Below are positions 8,392 to 16,710 of a stretch of DNA of 38,185 nucleotides, piece by piece. Every line of letters begins with the position of its first letter. Within the stretch, counting starts at the first letter, position 1. The stretch lies in assembly GCA_002254545.1 (NCBI GenBank), contig NJEA01000002.1:1-38185 (forward strand), in the 5' to 3' direction. The translations under genes and the position numbers were made by a program. The DNA comes from Candidatus Aenigmarchaeota archaeon ex4484_224 (GTDB lineage Archaea; Aenigmatarchaeota; Aenigmatarchaeia; CG10238-14; EX4484-224). The notes under the pieces are model-generated. The model was not told where the DNA came from. It saw nothing but the letters and a program-made list of their open reading frames with translations, and did not search any database.

Positions 8392-8787
8392 TTATCCTTT
8401 AACTTTTTCTTCTAACAGATCTTCCAAAATTCTTTTAACTTCTTCTCTAGTAACAAATTTTGATTTCAATGGATTGAAAAGTTCAACATAATTATATAAA
8501 CTTTCAAATTCCTCTCTTCTAACAAAATTTTCTAAATCTTTTTCAATTCTTTCTATCCTCTCTTCTAAATCTTTTAAATCATTTTTAAGTCTTTGAATTC
8601 CGTCCAAAATTCTATCAAGTTTTAGCTTTACTTCATCAATTTTCTCCATAGCTTCTCTTTGCAAACTTATTTGACTTTCTTCAATTTTATCATTTCTTTC
8701 TTCCAAAATTCTAATTCTTCTTTCAATTTCATTTAACCTTCTTATAATTTCCTTTAAAATTTCACCAACTTTTACTTTTTCTGCCAT
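8392..8787 (-). CDS. Coiled-coil protein; function unknown
   Basis: 131 aa, almost entirely heptad-like charged repeats (RLNEIERRIRILEERNDKIEE...LKDLEERIERIEKDLE). Divergent from the pilus ATPase gene. Confidence 0.6.
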   Translation of the reverse strand: MAEKVKVGEILKEIIRRLNEIERRIRILEERNDKIEESQISLQREAMEKIDEVKLKLDRILDGIQRLKNDLKDLEERIERIEKDLENFVRREEFESLYNYVELFNPLKSKFVTREEVKRILEDLLEEKVKG

Positions 8788-8834
8788 AATAAAACATTTG
8801 TTTTGAAAAAGATAAATTAATAGTAGGTGTAATC

Positions 8835-11051
8835 TTGGTTAATTATGAAATTAAAGAAGGAGTTCTTAGAATAGATTGTAGGAATTGGGTAATTCCTACT
8901 AGTATTGAAGATTCTGGAGCTACAATGGCTACAATTATAGACATACTTACGAAAGAAGTAGGAATTGAAAGAATAATTCTGGAAGAAGAAAGAGAAATTG
9001 AGTATGATTACGAACAAACAAAAATGCTTTTGGAGTTAGCTAATCTTTACAAAAAAGTTTCATCAGAGCAATTTCTTTCTTTGTATAGAATTGTTCCAAA
9101 AGGAAAAGAGAAGCTTTTGGGAAAAAGGATATCCGAAATGGAATTTATAATTACTCAATTGATAAGGAAAGATCCAATAGCTGCTTATGTTAGAGTTAAT
9201 CAGTTGATCGAGCAATTTAAAAGAAGTAGTTTAAAAGAAGATATACATTTTTTAACAAAAATTTTGATTCCATTAAAAAATTTACTTGAAAATTTATCTT
9301 TAATAAAACATGCTAAACCCTATTTAAAGAATTATGTTTTTGGAGATAGATCAATCTATAGAAAAATTTTTTCTCCAATTATTAGACCAAAGTTTATGCT
9401 AACTAGATTTATTTTAAAATTGCCGAAAGATTCTAGGTTAATAGAAAGATATAGAATTGGATATGAAACGGAAGTTGAAATTTATAAACTTCCAAATTCG
9501 ACAAGACTTTTTTACAAAGTAATTCCTCCCGAGCTTAAGTTAAAAGAAGATGAAAATGAAATTTTGCAAAGAGCTAGAGAGTATTTAGCAGAGCATAGGC
9601 CTAGAGAAGAAGAAGTTTCTGATTTTGAAAGAGCTAGAGAGTTGTTTACTTCGCTAGGAAGAAGTTTAATAAGAAGTTTGGCTAAAGAAAAAAATTTAAA
9701 ACTTTCTTTGGAAGAAATTGAGCTTTTAACAAAAATTTTAGTTAGATATACAGTTGGATTTGGAATTTTGGAAGTTTTAATAAGTGATGAAAGATTACAA
9801 GATGTTTATGTAAATGCTCCTATAGGAACAACACCAATTTTTGTTAATCATTCTGATTATGGAGAATGCGAAACAAATGTTATTCCGACAAGAAGTGAAG
9901 CAGAAGCTTGGGCAACAAGGTTTAGACTTTATTCTGGAAGACCATTAGATGAAAGCAACCCAGTTTTAGATACAGAAATAACTTTGCCTGAAGGAAGAGC
10001 AAGAGTAGCTATTATTACTAAAAATTTGTCTTTGAAAGGATTAGCATTTGCTTTTAGAAGACATAGGCAAAATCCATGGACATATCCTCTTTTCATAAAA
10101 GTAAAATACTTTAATCCTTTGTATGCTGGTATAATGAGTTTTTTAGTAGATGGGGGAAGAGCGATTTTAATAGCTGGAAGCAGAGGTTCTGGAAAAACAT
10201 CTTTATTAAATGCAACTATGCTTGAACTAATGAGAAATACTAGAATTGTTGTTGTTGAAGATACTCCTGAGTTAGGGATTGATTTGATGAGAAAGTTAGG
10301 TTATAATATTGTTAGCATGAAATCTAGATCAGTAATTACTCAAGTTCAAACTGAATTGCCTCCTGAAGAAGCTTTAAGAACTGCTTTAAGACTTGGAGAT
10401 TCTGTTTTAATAGTTGGAGAAGTAAGAAGTAAAGAATCTTTAGCTTTATTTGAAGCTATGAGAATTGGTGCTTTATCTAATTTAGTAGCTGGTACAATTC
10501 ATGGAGAATCTGCTTATGGTGTTTATGATAGAGTTGTTAATGATTTAGGTGTAGTTCCAACAAGCTTTAAAGCTTTAGATATAATTACAATTGCAACTTT
10601 CATAAAAACACCAGATGGTTTAAGAAGGTTTAGAAGAGTTGTTGAGTTAACAGAAGTTAGAAAGGACTGGAAAGAAGATCCCTTGCAAGAAGAAGGATTT
10701 GTTAAGCTAATGGAATATTCGGCAAAGGAAGATAGCTTAAAACCTACAGATGTTTTGCTTGAAGGAGAAAGCCAAGTTTTGAATGAAATTGCTAAAAGAA
10801 TAAGAGAATTTAGAGGGAATTGGGATGCTGTTTGGGATAATATTTTGTTAAGAGCAAAAATTAAACAAACTTTAGTTGATTATTCTTTAAAATTAAATAG
10901 GCCAGAAATTTTAGAAGCAAAATTTACAGTTGAAGCTAATGAAGCTTTTCATTTAATTACAAACAAAGTTTATGAAGAAGTTGGTTTGGATAATAAAAGA
11001 ATTTATGAAGAATGGCTTAAATGGCTGAAAGAAAAACTTAGATTAAGGTGA
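8835..11051 (+). CDS. Type IV pilus/archaellum-type secretion ATPase (FlaI/VirB11/TadA superfamily) with a long N-terminal extension
   Basis: 738 aa. Walker A AGSRGSGKTSLLNA (nt about 10171-10210), Asp box VVVEDTPEL, Walker B VLIVGEVRSKES and His-box-like AGTIHGES. TTG start at 8835, preceded by AGGTG 5 nt upstream. The next in-frame ATG is at 8925. Confidence 0.88.
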   Translation: MVNYEIKEGVLRIDCRNWVIPTSIEDSGATMATIIDILTKEVGIERIILEEEREIEYDYEQTKMLLELANLYKKVSSEQFLSLYRIVPKGKEKLLGKRISEMEFIITQLIRKDPIAAYVRVNQLIEQFKRSSLKEDIHFLTKILIPLKNLLENLSLIKHAKPYLKNYVFGDRSIYRKIFSPIIRPKFMLTRFILKLPKDSRLIERYRIGYETEVEIYKLPNSTRLFYKVIPPELKLKEDENEILQRAREYLAEHRPREEEVSDFERARELFTSLGRSLIRSLAKEKNLKLSLEEIELLTKILVRYTVGFGILEVLISDERLQDVYVNAPIGTTPIFVNHSDYGECETNVIPTRSEAEAWATRFRLYSGRPLDESNPVLDTEITLPEGRARVAIITKNLSLKGLAFAFRRHRQNPWTYPLFIKVKYFNPLYAGIMSFLVDGGRAILIAGSRGSGKTSLLNATMLELMRNTRIVVVEDTPELGIDLMRKLGYNIVSMKSRSVITQVQTELPPEEALRTALRLGDSVLIVGEVRSKESLALFEAMRIGALSNLVAGTIHGESAYGVYDRVVNDLGVVPTSFKALDIITIATFIKTPDGLRRFRRVVELTEVRKDWKEDPLQEEGFVKLMEYSAKEDSLKPTDVLLEGESQVLNEIAKRIREFRGNWDAVWDNILLRAKIKQTLVDYSLKLNRPEILEAKFTVEANEAFHLITNKVYEEVGLDNKRIYEEWLKWLKEKLRLR

Positions 11052-11069
11052 AATTTAAAAATTAAATTA

Positions 11070-12998
11070 ATGAATATTTTGGAAGAAATAAAAGATTTTG
11101 AAGAAGAAAAACCTTCTATTTATGAAAGATTTTGCAAAATTTTTTCTTTTTTGAAATATCCAGTTCCGACTAATTGGAAAAAAGAATGGAAGAAAGAAAT
11201 AGAATTTACTCATCTTAAAGTTTTGCCTTCAGAAATTTTTTCATCAGCTATTAATTTTTCTATATTGATTTTCTTCTTTCTTCTTCTCTTTTACTATTTA
11301 ACAAACTATCTTGGAATTTTAGTAATGGGAAGCTTACTTATTCCTTTAATTTTCTATTTTCTAATTTCATATCCGAAGTTTTACTCTTACTGGTTTAGAG
11401 CTAAAGCTTCTTCAGAAATGGTAAATTCAATAATTTATTTAGCAATTTCTTTAAGAGCTTATAAAAATTTAGAAGCAGCTTATGTTTTTACTTCTAAAAA
11501 TCTTACTGGTCCGTTAGGAAAAGATTTTAGAAAGGGATTATGGGAAATTTATTCAGGAAAAGCTAGAAACATAGAAGAAGTAATAGATAAAATTTCTGAA
11601 AAATGGAGTGTGGAAAGTGAAGAGTTTTCTCAGGCACTTCTTTTGATAAAAAATAGCATAAGATCAGAAAACATGGAAAAAGTGCTAGATAAAGCTGTTA
11701 ACTTAATTTTCTCTTCCACTCTTTCTAGAATGGAAAGATATGTAATTGAAACCAAAACACCCTTAGTTTTAATAAATATGTTTGGTATAATGTTACCATT
11801 GCTTGGTTTAATAATTTTGCCAATATTATTCTTAATGATGCCAAATGTTTCAGACCCATTTTTGATAGGATTTTTCTATGATGTATTTTTGTTTGTAATA
11901 GTATATCTTTTGATTAAACAAAGAGTTTGTTTGACTGCATTTTCTTTTAATCAACCAGAGTTGTTTAAAATTGAAAAATTTAGAAAATTTAAGAAAAAAA
12001 TTAAAATTTTTTCTTTAGCTTTAGGAATAGCATTGGTTTCATTTTTTTCTTATCTTCTATTTTCTTCTGAGTTAGTTTTGTTTAGTGAATATCAACTATT
12101 TCTTTCTTTAGCTTTAATTTTTTCTATTTCTTTGTCTTTTGTAATTTATAATGGAGTTGTTGGATGGTTTTTTTTCGAAAAAAATAAAGAAATAGTGGCT
12201 GCAGAAAACGAATTGCCTACTGCGCTAAGAGAATTTAGCATAGAATTAAGTTTAGGAAAACCAATAGAAGATGTAATTTATTCTTCTTTAGGGAGATTGG
12301 GAAATTTTAAAATTAAAAGATTTTTTGAAAAAGTAATTTCCAACATAAAGCAAATTGGCTTAGGACTTTCCGATGCAATTTTCCACAAAAAATATGGAGC
12401 TATAAACGAGTTTAAATCAAAAGTAATTTCTACAACAATGCTTTTAGTGGTAGAAATTTCAAAAAAAGGACCATTTTATTTATCAAAAGCTCTTGACTTT
12501 ATTTCAAAGTATTTAGAAAATGCAAAAAGAACAAGTGAAAAATCTTTAAGCATATTGGAAGAAATAACTTCTAACATAAAAATGCAATCTACAGTCATTG
12601 CACCAATAACTTCTGGAATTATTGTTGGATTAACTGTATTTACTCTTGCTATTTTCTTTTATTTAGGAGGTACCATTCAACAAGCTTCAAAAATTTTTGA
12701 ACAAAAATCTTTTTCAAACTTTTTAGATTTTGGATATTTTTCAATTTTAAGTATAACTTCTCTTACTCCAGTTCCAATTTTTCAAATTATTGTTGGAATT
12801 TATCTTTTAGAAATTACATATTTGTTAACATACCTATATGGAGAAATTGTTTATGGTAATGATGAAGTTTCAAAAGCAAGACTTTTTGCTAAAAATATTT
12901 TGATAAGTACTTTAATTTACATCATTTTGGTTCTATTAATTTATTTTGGAATAAAAGTAATGATAAATATAGAAGAACTTGCGAAAGGATTGGGATAA
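11070..12998 (+). CDS. FlaJ/TadC/PilC-like polytopic platform membrane protein
   Basis: 642 aa. Two soluble helical blocks alternate with clusters of TM helices. It sits immediately downstream of the ATPase, as in archaeal pilus and archaellum operons. Confidence 0.75.
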   Translation: MNILEEIKDFEEEKPSIYERFCKIFSFLKYPVPTNWKKEWKKEIEFTHLKVLPSEIFSSAINFSILIFFFLLLFYYLTNYLGILVMGSLLIPLIFYFLISYPKFYSYWFRAKASSEMVNSIIYLAISLRAYKNLEAAYVFTSKNLTGPLGKDFRKGLWEIYSGKARNIEEVIDKISEKWSVESEEFSQALLLIKNSIRSENMEKVLDKAVNLIFSSTLSRMERYVIETKTPLVLINMFGIMLPLLGLIILPILFLMMPNVSDPFLIGFFYDVFLFVIVYLLIKQRVCLTAFSFNQPELFKIEKFRKFKKKIKIFSLALGIALVSFFSYLLFSSELVLFSEYQLFLSLALIFSISLSFVIYNGVVGWFFFEKNKEIVAAENELPTALREFSIELSLGKPIEDVIYSSLGRLGNFKIKRFFEKVISNIKQIGLGLSDAIFHKKYGAINEFKSKVISTTMLLVVEISKKGPFYLSKALDFISKYLENAKRTSEKSLSILEEITSNIKMQSTVIAPITSGIIVGLTVFTLAIFFYLGGTIQQASKIFEQKSFSNFLDFGYFSILSITSLTPVPIFQIIVGIYLLEITYLLTYLYGEIVYGNDEVSKARLFAKNILISTLIYIILVLLIYFGIKVMINIEELAKGLG

Positions 12999-13108
12999 TG
13001 GGAAAAACTTTACTTTTTGTAGGATTTTTAATTATCTTATTTTTACTTTTAGCTATTTTCTTTTATTTTGCATATTATAAAATCCCAATGGAAATTTTGG
13101 GGATTTAA
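12998..13108 (+). CDS. 36-aa single-TM micro-protein (candidate)
   Basis: My translation: MGKTLLFVGFLIILFLLLAIFFYFAYYKIPMEILGI. Its ATG overlaps the platform gene stop (TAATG), and its stop overlaps the next ATG (TAATG). This double coupling argues that it is translated. It is below the ORF-track size cutoff. Confidence 0.45.
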   Translation: MGKTLLFVGFLIILFLLLAIFFYFAYYKIPMEILGI

Positions 13109-13344
13109 TGAAAGGACAAGTTATTTCAGCAATATTAGTAGTAATTGGGATAATTTTAATTTTTATCTTGGTAATGTCATTTCTGAAGAATGTTAATTTT
13201 GGGGATTTTTGGAGGAATGTTAAGTATGGATTTTGTTGTTATGTTTTACATTGCCAACCAGCTTTTACAAATGTTTGGAAAAATATTAATCCTTTGTGTT
13301 GGTCAATGTGTTGGGGCTGTGCATGTGGAGAAGAATGTAAATGA
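13108..13344 (+). CDS. Small pilin-like protein with a class III-type signal and a Cys/Trp-rich C-terminus
   Basis: 78 aa. MKG|QVISAILVVIGIILIFILV resembles an archaeal prepilin signal. The tail GFCCYVLHCQPAFTNVWKNINPLCWSMCWGCACGEECK contains 9 Cys. Confidence 0.7.
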   Translation: MKGQVISAILVVIGIILIFILVMSFLKNVNFGDFWRNVKYGFCCYVLHCQPAFTNVWKNINPLCWSMCWGCACGEECK

Positions 13345-13372
13345 TAAATCTACTTTTTTTAAAATTTAATTT

Positions 13373-14719
13373 ATGGAAGTTCCCGGACTTATTCTTAAAG
13401 TGGTTGTAATGATTATTATTCTTGCACTAGTTTTTAGCGTGTCCTCAAAAGTTAAAAATTTAATAAATGAAGTTTTTGGATCTATCTTTGGTTCTCCTTC
13501 TTATTCGAAAGCAGAAAAAGCAATTTTATGTGCTTATTATAGATGTGAAGAAGGCTGTGATTCTCCAATAACAGATCAATATTGTGATGAATGGTACGAG
13601 AATGTTTGTAAAATTCCTATTAAATTAGGATTTGCCGAGGGAAGTGAAAAGAAGATATGTAATGATAATTCTGCTCAATGGCCTGTAGAAATTCCTCTAG
13701 AAGAAAGCTATTCTATAGATAAAAATAAACTATCTTCTGAAATCGAAAATTTAGAATGTATAAAAGATGAATTTTCATCAAATTCAATTTATGTTAACAA
13801 AAAATTAATTCAAAGTGTTGAAGGAAAAAGTGATTGTTATGATAAAGTTACTTTAATAAAGGATTCTTCAAAGAGAGCATATGTAGATTATTTAGAAGTA
13901 TTTGAAAGTCCACAATATATTAGTTTACTTCCACATAGCACTTTAAGTAATGTTCAACTTTCTTCACAAAAGAAAGCACGAATCTACTTTTCTGACGAAA
14001 ATGATGTAAATGGAAAAACAGTATTTTATGCTAAAGAGAATAATTATTGCATTTTCAGCTTTTTTTACCTTAACGAAACGCAGAATAAAATTATAGGAGG
14101 ATATTTTATACTAAAAGAAAATGAAAATTTTTTAATTCCTCTTTGGAAAAGATCTGGATATATTTCTCATCTAGAAGTAAAAGATGAGAAATGTGGAGAT
14201 TATTCATCTGTTCTCTCTTTTTCCTGGAAAGATGAATATACATCAAAAATTGGAATGGATATGGTTACAGAAAAAGAGGATTATAGAAAGTGTTGGAGTG
14301 TTGAGAATGGAAAAATTGAATTAGTGGATAGTGAATCAGTTTTGGGTAAAAAAAGTATTAAAGTTAGTTTTGCTGGAGGCAATATTTTAACTTCTGAAGA
14401 AAAATTTTCTCTTGATCTAGCTTGTGTTTCTCAGAACCTTAATCTTAAGTATATTTTCTTATTTGTTAAGATACCAACGTCAGTAGAAGAAGGAGCAAAT
14501 ATTATAGTAGATATTTATGACAAGAATAAAAACATTTGTGGATATTCTCAAAGTTTCTTACTTAGTAAAGTTCCTAATGAATGGATCATGATAGAAGTTG
14601 GAAATCAACAAAAATGTGCCTCAATTTCTTCTATTAATTTTACCATTTCTACCCCTCATGCTATTTCTTTGCCAGACATTATTTATGTAGATGGAATAAC
14701 ATTTTTGGAAAAATCTTAA
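13373..14719 (+). CDS. N-terminally anchored extracellular protein with a Cys-rich stalk and a C-terminal beta-sandwich-like domain (candidate adhesin)
   Basis: 448 aa. Hydrophobic N-terminus LILKVVVMIIILALVF, then CAYYRCEEGCDSPITDQYCDEWYENVC. The C-terminus ends ...WIMIEVGNQQKCASISSINFTIS...IIYVDGITFLEKS, typical of jelly-roll binding modules. Confidence 0.7.
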   Translation: MEVPGLILKVVVMIIILALVFSVSSKVKNLINEVFGSIFGSPSYSKAEKAILCAYYRCEEGCDSPITDQYCDEWYENVCKIPIKLGFAEGSEKKICNDNSAQWPVEIPLEESYSIDKNKLSSEIENLECIKDEFSSNSIYVNKKLIQSVEGKSDCYDKVTLIKDSSKRAYVDYLEVFESPQYISLLPHSTLSNVQLSSQKKARIYFSDENDVNGKTVFYAKENNYCIFSFFYLNETQNKIIGGYFILKENENFLIPLWKRSGYISHLEVKDEKCGDYSSVLSFSWKDEYTSKIGMDMVTEKEDYRKCWSVENGKIELVDSESVLGKKSIKVSFAGGNILTSEEKFSLDLACVSQNLNLKYIFLFVKIPTSVEEGANIIVDIYDKNKNICGYSQSFLLSKVPNEWIMIEVGNQQKCASISSINFTISTPHAISLPDIIYVDGITFLEKS

Positions 14720-14735
14720 TCAAAAGTGAAAAAAT

Positions 14736-15008
14736 ATGATAAAAGGTGTTGGTTGGTACATTTTGTTTGTAATTTTTTTAATAGGATTATTTTTACTTGC
14801 TTTATCTATAGTTTTTCCTCAAATTTTTCCTCATTTTTCAAATTATAGCTTAAGATATGCTTGTGTGAGAAAACTTCAAAGCTTTTGTTATAAATGGATA
14901 ACAACTGGAATAAAAGAAGATTGGAATTCTATTCCACCTTTTGATTGTAGTAAAGTTGGAATTTCTGAGCCAAAAAGAGAAGAATGTGAAAATTTAATCT
15001 CAAAATAA
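14736..15008 (+). CDS. Small pilin-like protein
   Basis: 90 aa. MIKG|VGWYILFVIFLIGLFLLALSIVF, followed by a 4-Cys soluble tail. Confidence 0.65.
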   Translation: MIKGVGWYILFVIFLIGLFLLALSIVFPQIFPHFSNYSLRYACVRKLQSFCYKWITTGIKEDWNSIPPFDCSKVGISEPKREECENLISK

Positions 15009-15022
15009 CAAATATTTAATTA

Positions 15023-15430
15023 ATGCCAGCTGTAAGCGTAGAAATTTTAGGTATTTTACTCCTCGCAGCAATTTTGATAGCTGGTAGTGCTTTGTATTTT
15101 ACAAAATTTAATGAAATTTTGATAGGAAAATTGACAAATACATCTTCTGAAATTACTGCAAGAAAAATTTCTACAACAATAGGAATTTTAGGCTCTTCTA
15201 TTTCTCCAATTTCTTATAAGCTAGATCTTTACTCAGATTATATGATTGAAATTAGAGAAGGTAAAGAATTGTTTGTTGAAAAAAAAGCTAAAGATCATAA
15301 AGGATATAAAGCTTTAGAAACTCTTCCATTTAGTTGTAGTAATAGAAGGATAGAAGCTAATAAGCTAAAAATTGAAATTGAAAGAAGTAGCTTAGGAAAT
15401 GTAATTTGTAGAATAAGTGCTCTTGAATGA
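15023..15430 (+). CDS. Pilin-like protein
   Basis: 135 aa. MPA|VSVEILGILLLAAILIAGSALYF has a short leader, an acidic residue near +4 and a hydrophobic helix. Confidence 0.65.
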   Translation: MPAVSVEILGILLLAAILIAGSALYFTKFNEILIGKLTNTSSEITARKISTTIGILGSSISPISYKLDLYSDYMIEIREGKELFVEKKAKDHKGYKALETLPFSCSNRRIEANKLKIEIERSSLGNVICRISALE

Positions 15431-15434
15431 GAAA

Positions 15435-16223
15435 ATGAAAGGAATAAGTTTAACTTTCATAGGTATAATAGTAGCTTTGATGTTTATTACTATCCTTATC
15501 GGAACTTACTTTCTTGTTCAAAAATATTTTTTTGAAGTCCATGTAATTGTTAGAGAAAATGAATTAGAAAGAAAATCAATAATTCTAGCAGAGAATTTAC
15601 TTTCTAGTCCAAGATTTGTAGAATATCCTGTTAAAAATTCAAAAGTTTTGCTAGGGTATCCTTATAACAAAGGTGTTGTAAATGCTACTCTTTTAGATAG
15701 ATGGGTTGAAATGGGATATGCTTCTAGAGTTACAAGTAAAGCTGATTTAGAAAATTTAAATTGGCAACAATTATTCCAAAATGCAAGAACGTGGGAGATA
15801 GGATATCCCAATACTTTTAGTATAGTATATGTTGTAGATCTTGATAATTGTGATAAGAATTCAAAATTTTGTAAAGGGTGGATATTTGCTTTGAAAGGGC
15901 CCACTTCATTTCCATCAGAAAAAATTAAGAAATTTTTAACTTGTTTAGCAACAAATTGGAATGTTGAAAATCCTATTGAAGTAATTTCAGCAATTTTTGG
16001 TTTGTCTCACTTTCTTTCAAATCCATTAGTTTCATCTCTTTTTATAGAGAATGTTTGGACGCCTTTTAGAGTTGCTGAATGTATAAACAATGCCTTTGGA
16101 AGCAATACTTACTTTTCCCAATCTTCAACACAACTTTCGTCTTTAGGTTTACCAGTATTAATAAGCTATGGAAATGATTTACATATAGGAAGATTAGTTG
16201 TTGGAATAGTTGAATGGGGCTAA
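15435..16223 (+). CDS. Pilin-like protein with a class III-type signal
   Basis: Start moved to ATG 15435, 4 nt after the upstream stop, giving MKG|ISLTFIGIIVALMFITILIG. The ORF-track start at 15417 is GTG and overlaps the previous gene. Confidence 0.7.
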   Translation: MKGISLTFIGIIVALMFITILIGTYFLVQKYFFEVHVIVRENELERKSIILAENLLSSPRFVEYPVKNSKVLLGYPYNKGVVNATLLDRWVEMGYASRVTSKADLENLNWQQLFQNARTWEIGYPNTFSIVYVVDLDNCDKNSKFCKGWIFALKGPTSFPSEKIKKFLTCLATNWNVENPIEVISAIFGLSHFLSNPLVSSLFIENVWTPFRVAECINNAFGSNTYFSQSSTQLSSLGLPVLISYGNDLHIGRLVVGIVEWG

Positions 16224-16224
16224 T

Positions 16225-16710
16225 ATGAAGAAAGGGATTGTTCAGTTTATAACAGTTAGCGGAATGATAATAGTATTTGGAATAATTTTATTGCTATTTG
16301 TTTCTTGGTTTTTTCTTTCTAATTTGAAATATAATTTATGGGTGGAAACAAATATAAACTATCAATTTAATTTAGTTAGTGATGCTTTTTTAGAATTTTT
16401 TGAAATTATTCCGAACTATAGAATGATTGCTGAATATTTTGTTATAGGTTTGCATGATTTGAAATCGTTTGAAAAGTATTGGGGTAGAGATTGTTTAAGC
16501 TTTCAAGGAAAAGTAGTAGGAGAATTGCATAAGTTAACAGCCTCTTCTTGCTTTAAAGTAAGTATTCCATCTTGCAATCCTAAAGAGGGATTAATGGGAG
16601 AATACAATTGTAAAGAATCATTGCCATATATACAAAAAGAAACTTTTACAATTGTTCTTCCTTATAATCCAGAAAGTTTGATTAAAAAAGTTGGAATAGA
16701 GGTGCAATGA
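16225..16710 (+). CDS. Pilin-like protein with a class III-type signal
   Basis: Start moved to ATG 16225, 1 nt after the upstream stop, giving MKKG|IVQFITVSGMIIVFGIILLL. The ORF-track start at 16210 is TTG. Confidence 0.7.
   Translation: MKKGIVQFITVSGMIIVFGIILLLFVSWFFLSNLKYNLWVETNINYQFNLVSDAFLEFFEIIPNYRMIAEYFVIGLHDLKSFEKYWGRDCLSFQGKVVGELHKLTASSCFKVSIPSCNPKEGLMGEYNCKESLPYIQKETFTIVLPYNPESLIKKVGIEVQ

Noticed and set aside
12168-12184. T8-CG-A7 palindrome inside the platform gene.
   Set aside because: It is an in-frame coding segment (WFFFEKNK). Homopolymer palindromes of this size are expected by chance at this base composition, and nothing pairs with it elsewhere.
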